Shown: one piece after another, positions 37,401 through 44,746 of the stretch | How positions within the stretch are numbered: position 1 is the first letter of the stretch | Layout of the letters: each line of letters opens with the position of its first letter | From: an uncultured euryarchaeote | GTDB lineage: Archaea > Thermoplasmatota > Poseidoniia > Poseidoniales > Poseidoniaceae | Direction of reading: 5' to 3' | NCBI GenBank assembly: GCA_937899865.1 | Contig: CALBRH010000001.1 | Coordinates: forward strand, 51,562 to 115,561 | Length of the DNA: 64,000 nt | The notes under the pieces: model-generated | What the model was told of the DNA's origin: nothing | The model's input: the letters and a program-made list of their open reading frames with translations, nothing else | Databases searched by the model: none | Program-made: the position numbers and the translations under genes

Positions 37401-40240
37401 TCTCATTACCAGTTGACGAAGATTTTGTTTTGAGCGACCATCCAACACTCAATCACTTCACAGCTTATATCGTAAAAATGAGTGGAGGAGCAACTGAAAT
37501 TGAACCAACCGTTTCAGTAGTTGAACAATCAAGTGAAGAGGAGATAGTTGCCGAGCAATTATCCATGCCTTCTACCGATTCGCAAACACATACTGAGTCC
37601 AAAAATACAGTATCTGGTTGCCGTAGATGGCAGGTTGAAATTGAAGAGTGTCTAGGCGTTGATGAAAGAATCGAATTATCAGGTACTGTTGTAGTTACTG
37701 ATGATGGCTGGGGTATTGCTGAAGAGATATGTTTGAAACTTGAAGGTGCAGGATTAGAGGCGATTAGAGTAGGCTTTGAATCAGAAATTCGCGATATGTC
37801 AATGCAGAAGGAAGGCTCAAGAACGGTTCTTCGTGCAGATCCTGCAAACATAGAGCATATGGAGCAGGTCAGCAATGAATTAAACAAATCAAATATTTGT
37901 GGAGTGATTCATTTAGCAGCTCTAAAATTAGCCGGAGTAGAATGGGATGAAGATACCTATCCTTCATCCCAAATTGCTTTAGCCGCTCATGGGTGGTTTT
38001 CATTACTAAAGGGATTGGATGAAAAATTAGGTAACCTGGACAAAGGAATTGTAGCTTCAGTTACCACCCTTGATGGCAGACATGGAAATATCGGAGATTT
38101 ATTCAACTCAATCCAGTGTTCGGCTAGCGGAGTTACCAAATCATATTCCTTCGAACAAACACACCTTCGTGCTAGAGCATTGGATTTGCATCCGGAAATT
38201 GTGCTAGATGCGACTCATGCCGCAGATTTAATTGTCAACGATATCCTCAATATTGGTGGTGAAGTTGAGATTGGTATAGACCGAGATGGCAGAAGATGGA
38301 CATTGGTTGCTTTTGATGAAAAATTAGAAGCGGACCGACAACCACTAGCCAACAATGATACTTGGTTAGTGTCGGGTGGCGGCTCAGGTGTTACTGCGGC
38401 GTCAATAATTGGAGTTGCACAAGCGAGTACTGATGCCAATGCACATTTTATCTTGTTAGGTCGCTCTCAACTTATCGAAGAAACTCAAACTTGGATAGAT
38501 TGGAGTGAAGAAAAGCTAGCAGATAAGAAAATGGCATTACGTGAATCCATGATTGAAGAAAGCGAAGATGGTAAAGTTACCATGGTGGATTGGAATCGTA
38601 AATGGCAGAAGTTCACCCGTAGTAGAGATGTTTTCATAACCTTGGATAGAATAGAAAAAACAGGTAACAAAGCAAAATATCACTCGATAGATGTGATGGA
38701 TAAATCTGCTATGATCGAACTTGGCAAAACGCTTAATCGTAAAATTACAGGTGTAATTCACGGCGCTGGTTTGGAAGATTCAAAATTAGTCGCAGATAAA
38801 AGCCATGAAATTTTTGACCGCGTTGTTAGAGTCAAATTAGATGGTTGGAAATCACTAATGGCTGCAGTTGAAAACTCAGGAACAAAATCATTGAAGTTTG
38901 CAGCTTGTTTCACCAGTGTAGCAGGTAGGTTCGGAAATGGTGGTCAAACCGACTATGCTGCGGCTAACAGCGTTTTAGATGCAGAAATGGCACGATTGAG
39001 TGCAAGTGGCAAGTGTCGAGCAGTTGCTATAGGCTGGACTGGCTGGAAAGATGTTGGAATGGCAACTCGAGGCTCGATAGAAGCGGTCTTTGCTGCTGCA
39101 GGAATTGAAACACTGGATGTTGAAACCGGAGTTGAAATCTTTGTTGACGAGGCTCTTGCTGGCGGTAAACGACGAGTTCTAGGTTGTGGTTCACTCGGCC
39201 TAATGGACAGGTTCGATAGTTTTAGAGAACCACCACTTCGCTTACCGTCTGAAATGGCTGCAATAATAGCCGACCCAGCAAGGTTTCCATTACTTGATAA
39301 AGTGATTTCACTCGAGGAGAATAAATCAATCATTACTGAAACCACACTTTCTACCGAACTTCATCCATTCCTTGTCGATCATGCCATTGATGGCGTACCA
39401 TATCATCCAGGAGTGATGGCACTTGAGATGTTTGCAGAGAACTCCTTGTTGATGAAACCATCAACTTGTTTGGCAGGTTTTGAACAAGTTAGCTTTGGCC
39501 TTCCTGTTAAGTTACTAAAAGGTGAAATGAAGGTTAGAATTGTTGCTGAACAAGAAAGAGAGGAGAATGGATTACATTGGATAAGATGTAAATTAGTTTC
39601 AGATTTGACCAATTCTAAAGGAGAAGTATTTGGGGAACGAGAACACCATTCAGCCTTAGTAAGGTTAGTTGAAAAGAGTGATGATTTGTCTGGTTTCTTA
39701 CATTCAGAAGTAACTCAAATGCCCGATATTGGGATTCCAGGTTTAGAAGACTTGGTTTTGATGCCTTCATTCATTTACAAGCGTTATTTCCATGGCCCTA
39801 GATTCCAATGTCATGGTGGCGTGATTAGAGGTGTAGGTGATAATGATACACCAGGCGCAGATAGTATCGCACTAATGCGTAATCAACTACCAATTAGGGA
39901 GCAGTTCAAAGCTGAAGAAAATGGAGGAGAGGTGTTGTTAGAAGCCTTGCCTATGCTAATTGAAGCAGGATTCCAAAATGCTGGTTTTGTGGCAATGGAG
40001 TCAGAAGGCTTCTCTTCATTGCCAATCGGTATTGATTGGTCAACCAACCTGCGCGTGCCCGAGCGTAATGAAATACTTCGAATGAGGAGTTTACGAGTCG
40101 CAGTTGAAGATGCAGGTGTTACAGTTCATGATTTAGTAATAGTCGGGGATGATGACGCACCAGTTCTTGCATTGAAGGGCTTACGATTGAAGAGTATGGC
40201 GCCGGTTCCAGATGAACAACGATTCATTCTAGAACGTTAA
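31427..40240 (+). CDS. Type I PKS/FAS, PfaA-related: KS-AT-(degenerate ACP)-KS-ACP-ACP-ACP-KR-DH
   Basis: KS1 DAACASS (Cys 32105)/EAHGTST/KSQIGH. AT GQGSQ/GHSLG (Ser 33620)/HAFH. KS2 NLACAS (Cys 35453)/SHETYT/KGFTGH. Three ACP repeats ELGIDTVKQAEI. KR GGGSGVT/HGAGLED/QTDYAAAN. DH DHAIDGVPYHPG. RBS AAGGTGAT precedes a TTG start. Confidence 0.92.
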   Translation: MKITTADGKVAEGLEQGRFEPIAVIGLGAIMPDAKDVNQFWQNIKAGKVSIKDVKSERWPGKIEDFWKNGGPGDIEEGFTYSKIGAFVEDFEFNWRRWRQPPGTLKQIDPCQLWAVEVSAAALEQSGYDGESKDFDRSRCGVIFANALGGENRNLSNIRVWSNHTKNVALKHGLPHENAEGFQAEIVEHSPRIDEDTMPGELANVVSGRVANLLDLQGPNYATDAACASSMAAILDSCRQLQNRQVDLMLAGASDRTMDPATFAKFSAIGALSPSHSTPFDAKANGFVMGEGAGALVLKRLSDAMNDGDTIHAVIRGVGGSSDGRGKGITAPSQRGQIQAIARAYQQAGYEPSTVELVEAHGTSTKVGDATELSSLSTLWEGFSGGDHVAVGSIKSQIGHLKAAAGMAGVMKAILALHNNTIPPSAGFETPNPTVDWNNIPFFVPTQASDWTKPNQHPRRAGISSFGFGGTNFHIALEAFEAEYHQNLVEQWSSKSVSSEATANSVASIFDATAKPSMTHEELKSIEGGLLLISADSVGGLTTKLQNLSFEGPSFDDDPCGRRLSSELFSASQFNKTESHRMAIVASTWQEFDKRVALAIKAIDDKAKWGFLQSQGVMITDEPILPDGAKIAHMYPGQGSQYVGMTFDLFKRYTAVQKVWEKSDETMVDVLDGETLSSFVLRNNLSKEELIESEHKLKQTEYTQPAMLTADLAIERLLNAHGQKPDMVAGHSLGEYAALMSSGILNMDGALRASAARGTEMGSVQIDDKGLMASVTAPYSEVAKVLEETEGYVIAANKNSPKMTVIAGESEPVKAAMSAFEANGFSTTQLATSHAFHSRIVAPANEPLRRFLETLEINWPQIPITANFDGEFYSMEGDDSKSAVLEKLAPQMASSVEWTSQMEKMYDSGARIFIEVGPKRALTMFATQILEGRPHLPIMTNHPKQGGIASFLTALAGIYLAGRDLQWPEPTSEELSEAFKAGPIEAHTKSKHDVKTVEKSPTLDKLATNSSQVVKANNDVSRVVTEVSVSIEEAISAYVGDCLGPITGYPAKFCSGMVNLRTLLGLSDQQINQVITKIGKECQTDSEYDVTKVEVVGDLARWIRQPPKNYLTKQTTTLAATVSQSNIVASNRTTDPIVISGISLGLPGGEKVFSEDVFERLVRGETCISEVSDEYKQRLLDKNIVRLIKGRDGSVNMESATEFGDIPQLAGVKGAFDLAQEFGIDAKVVMAWDITTQLAMAAGLLALRDAGIPLTPVEQVGKGGLRLITNWQVPQIQRDRTGVVFASCFPGLQMAMKHAKNNGDDGEGRFDRRFLFQTLNMGHSQFAQYTGIRGPNSTINLACASATAAFGVAEDWIEMGRADRVIIISADDVTGDDLWEWIGGGFAASGAASTHNVVEETALPFDRRRNGLILGMGAAAFVVERNSQASERGVQPIAELLGTTIANSAYHGTRLDVEHVAHTVDDFMTRMEEKWNLDRHKIAPNTAFFSHETYTPARGGSAQSEVKALRSTFGDSADNLVIANTKGFTGHPMGVGIEDASMLYGMLTGRIPPIANHKEIDPELGNLNLSKGGDYPNLEYGLRFGAGFGSQIALSFVRKWDVQGDRIDGKKFMTWVRSLANSNDVVLRLLDGKLVSYVDGKTNLHGGVQGTEWPITQNFEGEVSEIETATPQIVIDESKENQETEIEQVKESKESTVAEIQNTAPNDVVNTVIEVVVKHTGYPADFVELDQDLEGELGIDTVKQAEIMAEIRNIFNLPVDEDFVLAEYPTLNHMIGYIDKMSGGTGVALQAVATPVVVAKEAIEEIVTTPLPTTPVESTPPAIVDDSNLVQIVVDVVVEHTGYPADFIELDQDLEGELGIDTVKQAEIMADIRTKFSLPVDEDFVLSDYPTLNHMIAYIQRMTGGEVSQTPSSETTITPSPPVAEPKESPQPAKSVVAAGGNEEIESELIEVVVKHTGYPADFIEMDQDLEGELGIDTVKQAEIMAEVRDIFSLPVDEDFVLSDHPTLNHFTAYIVKMSGGATEIEPTVSVVEQSSEEEIVAEQLSMPSTDSQTHTESKNTVSGCRRWQVEIEECLGVDERIELSGTVVVTDDGWGIAEEICLKLEGAGLEAIRVGFESEIRDMSMQKEGSRTVLRADPANIEHMEQVSNELNKSNICGVIHLAALKLAGVEWDEDTYPSSQIALAAHGWFSLLKGLDEKLGNLDKGIVASVTTLDGRHGNIGDLFNSIQCSASGVTKSYSFEQTHLRARALDLHPEIVLDATHAADLIVNDILNIGGEVEIGIDRDGRRWTLVAFDEKLEADRQPLANNDTWLVSGGGSGVTAASIIGVAQASTDANAHFILLGRSQLIEETQTWIDWSEEKLADKKMALRESMIEESEDGKVTMVDWNRKWQKFTRSRDVFITLDRIEKTGNKAKYHSIDVMDKSAMIELGKTLNRKITGVIHGAGLEDSKLVADKSHEIFDRVVRVKLDGWKSLMAAVENSGTKSLKFAACFTSVAGRFGNGGQTDYAAANSVLDAEMARLSASGKCRAVAIGWTGWKDVGMATRGSIEAVFAAAGIETLDVETGVEIFVDEALAGGKRRVLGCGSLGLMDRFDSFREPPLRLPSEMAAIIADPARFPLLDKVISLEENKSIITETTLSTELHPFLVDHAIDGVPYHPGVMALEMFAENSLLMKPSTCLAGFEQVSFGLPVKLLKGEMKVRIVAEQEREENGLHWIRCKLVSDLTNSKGEVFGEREHHSALVRLVEKSDDLSGFLHSEVTQMPDIGIPGLEDLVLMPSFIYKRYFHGPRFQCHGGVIRGVGDNDTPGADSIALMRNQLPIREQFKAEENGGEVLLEALPMLIEAGFQNAGFVAMESEGFSSLPIGIDWSTNLRVPERNEILRMRSLRVAVEDAGVTVHDLVIVGDDDAPVLALKGLRLKSMAPVPDEQRFILER
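36545..37490 (+). repeat. Three tandem ACP-domain repeats with Pro/Thr/Glu-rich linkers inside the PKS
   Basis: HTGYPADF.E.DQDLEGELGIDTVKQAEIMA..R..F.LPVDEDFVL..YPTLNH occurs three times with synonymous codon differences. Confidence 0.9.
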
Positions 40241-41007
40241 TGGTGGAATTGATGCAAGAGATTCCAGTTCAATTTGACTCTAATGGTCCAAGATTACTAT
40301 GTTTTATGGCGCCTGTAACTGAATTAGACATTTCTCAAGTGCAATTAGCTAATGCAGATGAGGTGGCTAAGTTTGTTACAAAGAAACGCAAAGATGAACA
40401 TCTTAGTGGTCGTTTACTACTTGAGATGGCACTGGAAAAGTGGGGCATAGATACATCATTATTGGAGGTTAGAAGAAATGAGTTTCGTGCCCCGAGTATT
40501 GCTTATCTGCCAGGTACCTGGGTTAGACATCCCTTACCTTCAATATCAATCGGGCACTCTAACGAGTGGGCCTTTGTTGCGCTAATAGAATCTGGATGGA
40601 CTATAGGAATAGATGGTGAACCATTAGAACTTGAGATCTCTTCTGGCGTTTTTGAATTAATGGCTAAAGGAGAAGAATTAACATATTTGCAAAATAATGC
40701 AGATCAAGCTTTGACTTACTGGACAAGTAAAGAAGCAGTCCAAAAAGCAGCACGCTTAGGTATGAATCTAAATCCACGTGAAATCAAAATTCCAATTGGA
40801 AATAATGAAACTAAAATTCCAATTGAAAATTTAAATTTCCAATTGAAAAATTTATCATTTAATGGATATAATATCAGTGTTGCAATAAGTCAAGGAGAGG
40901 GGTATGATTCTATTCCTGAAGATGATTTGCTAGATCAAACTTTAGAAGCGATGCAAGCGGATGAAGATTGGTCAATTGGTTGTAAAACCACTAGAACAAA
41001 TACCTAG
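40240..41007 (+). CDS. 4'-phosphopantetheinyl transferase (Sfp/PfaE type)
   Basis: Motifs EHLSGRLLL, SISIGHS, IGIDGE and WTSKEAVQKA (WxxKEAxxKA). The ATG overlaps the PKS stop (TAATG). Confidence 0.85.
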   Translation: MVELMQEIPVQFDSNGPRLLCFMAPVTELDISQVQLANADEVAKFVTKKRKDEHLSGRLLLEMALEKWGIDTSLLEVRRNEFRAPSIAYLPGTWVRHPLPSISIGHSNEWAFVALIESGWTIGIDGEPLELEISSGVFELMAKGEELTYLQNNADQALTYWTSKEAVQKAARLGMNLNPREIKIPIGNNETKIPIENLNFQLKNLSFNGYNISVAISQGEGYDSIPEDDLLDQTLEAMQADEDWSIGCKTTRTNT

Positions 41008-41439
41008 TTATTTCCAAAACATGTATTTTTCCCGACTTTCTTCCCAAGGTAAATCTAAGAGTATACCAATTTCAGTTAGAATAACATAGTTCAGCAACAA
41101 GTATGAAATGTAACTAATAATCAATACTAATAGTGAAGTATTGATGATTTTTCTTCTTTCTCTTTTTGCTTGATCAATAGTACAAATTCCTTTGTTCCGG
41201 AAATGAATAATCAAGCCTATTACTACAAAGGCCAAAGCAGATAGTAGCATCAGAGGTCTAAACCAGCCATAACCATCTCCGCCCCAGTAAAGTGTGTCAG
41301 AAAGCGCAGCAGCGGAACTTACACTAGCCAAACCAAATAACACTAAAACAACGCTGGGAAGGCAGCACATTGAAGCGATTAATGCTGACCCAGAAATCAG
41401 TTTAATCAATGATTTTCGCTGTGAAACTTCCTCGGTCAT
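41008..41439 (-). CDS. Small 3-TM membrane protein, MerT-like
   Basis: ASMCCLPSVVLVLFG resembles the MerT TM1 vicinal Cys pair, followed by FRP.. and two further TM segments. RBS GAGGTGA upstream. Confidence 0.55.
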   Translation of the reverse strand: MTEEVSQRKSLIKLISGSALIASMCCLPSVVLVLFGLASVSSAAALSDTLYWGGDGYGWFRPLMLLSALAFVVIGLIIHFRNKGICTIDQAKRERRKIINTSLLVLIISYISYLLLNYVILTEIGILLDLPWEESREKYMFWK

Positions 41440-41448
41440 TACATCACC

Positions 41449-43095
41449 TCAACAATAATTGAATTTGTTCTCTTGTATAGCATTAGTGTATGTTTGTAAC
41501 TGCAAAACCGGTGTTCCATCTGACCATTCACCCATATCTCTAAGCAAAGGCCCATCGATTAAATGAGAATATGCAAATTGTTCAGTATTGTAATCTCCTC
41601 GACTTCTTGCGACTAGCCAATCTGCTTGTGCATCAACTCGCCGATAAAATGCCCAATCAGATAAGGTGTCATGCGCTTCATTAGTAGGTATGTAATGTGA
41701 AGCGACCAGCCTTGGAAATCCATATTTGTCACTTGGAATATATATCAAAATAGAATTGTTTTCTTCTATCATATTGAATAATTTTTGATGATAAACGCTA
41801 TCACATTGTCCAACAGTCATGTCATCCTCACTTACAGCTAAATGTACCATAGTCGCTTCAGGAAGTCCGGTGAAATCTGGCTGCCATAAATCTTGTACTG
41901 GTCTTGATGCAGCCATTTCGGTATTGACTACCAATGTTTGATTGCCCCAACCAAATTCTTGCACCATCTGTAGTGCATGTAGCGAATATGCACCACCTAA
42001 ACTATGTCCTCCTATGTACAAATGCTCAGGCATAATGCTAAGATTTCCGAGTACTGAATCAATTTCAACCCCCCGAGTTTGGTCATCAATAATCGAAGTC
42101 AATAACGTCAAAGCAGAATAAATAGAATACAATCTAGGTATATGATGCGGCCAATCAGAGGTTCCCTCAACTGTTTTGTCATTCCAATCTTCTCCACCTT
42201 CGGGTCTAATATCAGTAGGGTATTGGATATATGCAACAACCATGCCTTTTCCTACTAACCGGTCAATCCAATCTGTATAGGATTCACGACTTGGGTTGTT
42301 GAATGCATGAAAAATAATGGCAAGAGGTACGCCTTCAATACCTGGATTTTCAGGTAGTACAGGTAACGAGAGATATATTGAGAATGTAATATCTTCTTCA
42401 GTATCACCTTGTATTGCTGTGACATTATCGGGTAACGTGTATGGATAAATTTCCAACACTTCAGCAAATGGGCCTGGTTGCCCTCCATATCCAAATGCAG
42501 GTTTATCTGGTGGAGAGGGTGCTATACCTGCAAGTGCTGGAATCCCCGGCATCATCAACCAAGCTGCGAAAAACACGGCCAATAGATGGCTTACTGAGTA
42601 AAAGTTGTCAAAAAATCCGTTATTTGATTTAGGTAATTTTGGAATTCCTCTCGAACCTATTGCACAGGAAAATAAAATAAATCCGTAGAGTGTAGGCAAT
42701 AGTAAAAAAGCCCCTCTTAAATATCTAATATCCATTATTACAAATACTACATATGAGCCAAAAATAAGTCCAGAAAAGAATACTAAAACATGTCTGATCC
42801 AAGCAGGAATGTATTTTTCCTGCTGTCCTCGAATCATCAACCATAAACCAAGACTGAGTACTATTGCACAAAGCAAAGCAACACTTGGAACATTTTGTCT
42901 CAATAAGAACGTAATTTCAAGGGTTCTAATCGCTATAGGCCACACAGCATTTTCAAGACTATTGCCAAGTATGAGCAAATAAATTGTTTCAATAATTGCA
43001 ATAATGGCTCCTAAAGAAAAAATTGCCATTGGAAATATTGGTGCCTGAACAAATTTAGCAAGCACACTTTGTTCGCTATCAACGGCCCTCTCCAT
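41449..43095 (-). CDS. Multi-TM membrane protein with C-terminal alpha/beta-hydrolase domain
   Basis: About five N-terminal TM helices, then IIFHAF, nucleophile elbow GGHSLGG, SEDD and ASH. Start placed at MERAVD. Confidence 0.75.
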   Translation of the reverse strand: MERAVDSEQSVLAKFVQAPIFPMAIFSLGAIIAIIETIYLLILGNSLENAVWPIAIRTLEITFLLRQNVPSVALLCAIVLSLGLWLMIRGQQEKYIPAWIRHVLVFFSGLIFGSYVVFVIMDIRYLRGAFLLLPTLYGFILFSCAIGSRGIPKLPKSNNGFFDNFYSVSHLLAVFFAAWLMMPGIPALAGIAPSPPDKPAFGYGGQPGPFAEVLEIYPYTLPDNVTAIQGDTEEDITFSIYLSLPVLPENPGIEGVPLAIIFHAFNNPSRESYTDWIDRLVGKGMVVAYIQYPTDIRPEGGEDWNDKTVEGTSDWPHHIPRLYSIYSALTLLTSIIDDQTRGVEIDSVLGNLSIMPEHLYIGGHSLGGAYSLHALQMVQEFGWGNQTLVVNTEMAASRPVQDLWQPDFTGLPEATMVHLAVSEDDMTVGQCDSVYHQKLFNMIEENNSILIYIPSDKYGFPRLVASHYIPTNEAHDTLSDWAFYRRVDAQADWLVARSRGDYNTEQFAYSHLIDGPLLRDMGEWSDGTPVLQLQTYTNAIQENKFNYC

Positions 43096-43139
43096 ATGCT
43101 GAAAATAGGGGTTGAGTAAAAAAAAGGTTGTAATTAAAT

Positions 43140-44546
43140 TCAAACATCAACATTACGAACTTCAGGAGTTTGGTCAGCGAGAATGAATTCTAAAAATGCA
43201 GCCCATAGTACATATTGGATACTATTTTTCAATTCTTCAGGCCCACCAACTTCTGCAATCATATTATCAAAAGTGTCTGTTGGTGAATGGTATGCGCTGT
43301 AGTCCTCATCATATGCCCCAAGATGGAAAATTGTTTGAGCCCCGAGGTTTCTAAATGTTACATGATCTGAACGTCCAAAAGTGTCTTCATGAACATCCAT
43401 CACAAGGTTGTAGTGGTCATCCCAGTGTTGGTCACAACCTGCACCATAAGAGCCCTCGATACGCAAATCCATTGGTGCTTTCATAATATCTCGATGAACG
43501 TAATCAAGAATCGTAGTGATGGCAACATCTTGCACCTCTGGATCAAAATCGGGGCCAGACCAAGCATGATACGGGAAATAATCGCCATTAGATTTCTTTG
43601 CTGGATAAGAAATTCCCATCATGTCCATATTGATGTAGAAGCGCAATTCCTTGTCTTTTGGTAAACAATAATCACAATCGTTGTTGGCGAATGCATTTGA
43701 CCCTCTCAAGCCTGCTTCTTCACTTGACCAAAGAGCAAGGAAGGTATCACATCTTACTTCAACATCAAGCAGCGCTTTAGCATACAACATTATTGCAACA
43801 GTTCCTGCAGTGTTGTCGTATGCTCCTTCATAAGTCCCGCCGCCTGGAGGTCCAGCAGGCGGTGCGATATCCATATGTGCACCAATGCCTTGAACGCAAG
43901 AATCATCATAGCCACGTTTCCAAGCGATAACATTCAAGCTTTCAGGCTGGGTTAAACTGAAAGTATCGGTAACTCTCATCAAATGTGTTTCATATCCAAG
44001 GCCTTCAAAATGCCCGTGGAAGAATGAAGCGGCTCTCTCAAATGCTGGATTTGGTGATCCCATCCACCTGTTGATATAGCCGCCACACAAAGTAGAATCA
44101 GTACACACACTGGTAATGAAATCCATCTTTTCGAACCATTCCGAGCCACTGATAATTACCTCGCCCTCAGCAATAGTGTATTCGAATGACTTGCCTTTGC
44201 CGTTAGCCTCTACTATAGTTATGCTAACTTCTTCAGCATAGGGAATCGGTAATAATTTTCCATTAATCTGTTCATCTTCGACAACCGCATAACCGTTTGG
44301 AATCACAATATCATCAATAAACATCATGACATTATTTGGCACTGAAATAGACCTACCCTTGCCGGCAAGGAAGAATGTATGCCATTCTCCTCCACGTAAT
44401 TCAGCATCATTAGCATCAGTAAAGTCAATTTGGAAACCAGCAACATCATAGTCGCTATCAGCAGAATCTTCTCCAAAACATCCTGACATTGAAGCGCTGA
44501 AAAAAACTAGCACAAGTAAGATGCTTTTCAATGCATTACTCTGCAT
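43140..44546 (-). CDS. M28-family metallopeptidase, secreted/lipoprotein-like
   Basis: Motifs GAHMD, YDNTAG, SEEAGLRGS, INMDM, RSDH and YHSPTD. N-terminal signal ending in SGC. Confidence 0.88.
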   Translation of the reverse strand: MQSNALKSILLVLVFFSASMSGCFGEDSADSDYDVAGFQIDFTDANDAELRGGEWHTFFLAGKGRSISVPNNVMMFIDDIVIPNGYAVVEDEQINGKLLPIPYAEEVSITIVEANGKGKSFEYTIAEGEVIISGSEWFEKMDFITSVCTDSTLCGGYINRWMGSPNPAFERAASFFHGHFEGLGYETHLMRVTDTFSLTQPESLNVIAWKRGYDDSCVQGIGAHMDIAPPAGPPGGGTYEGAYDNTAGTVAIMLYAKALLDVEVRCDTFLALWSSEEAGLRGSNAFANNDCDYCLPKDKELRFYINMDMMGISYPAKKSNGDYFPYHAWSGPDFDPEVQDVAITTILDYVHRDIMKAPMDLRIEGSYGAGCDQHWDDHYNLVMDVHEDTFGRSDHVTFRNLGAQTIFHLGAYDEDYSAYHSPTDTFDNMIAEVGGPEELKNSIQYVLWAAFLEFILADQTPEVRNVDV

Positions 44547-44622
44547 GAGAACACCTCAAGTCGCTGACTCATAGACTTTGTCAATCATAATTTAGATTAT
44601 GCCGTGATACTCGAAGTTATTG

Positions 44623-44697
44623 TGGTGCGGATAGCGGGAGTCGAACCCACGACATAAGGTTGGAAACCTCAGATGATAACCACTTCACCATATCCGC
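44623..44697 (-). tRNA. trnG: tRNA-Gly (anticodon TCC), CCA encoded
   Basis: Reverse complement folds as GCGGATA-TG-GTGA..TCAT-C-TGAGG-TT[TCC]AA-CCTTA-TGTC-GTGGG-TTCGACT-CCCGC-TATCCGC-A-CCA (75 nt). Discriminator A73 is archaeal-type for tRNA-Gly. Confidence 0.97.
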
Positions 44698-44746
44698 GAT
44701 ATTGGTTGCGAGTAGTATTTCCTCTTTGAGTCAATCGGTTGTAATA

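Noticed and set aside
31427-40240. Calling the megasynthase pfaA (EPA/DHA synthase)
   Set aside because: There is no pfaB/C/D equivalent, no CLF and no FabA-like DH pair, and it has an extra KS and Thr-ACPs. The product cannot be assumed to be a PUFA.
44623-44697. tRNA-Gly as integration site for a PKS-bearing island
   Set aside because: No duplicate of the tRNA 3' end and no integrase were seen in the window.
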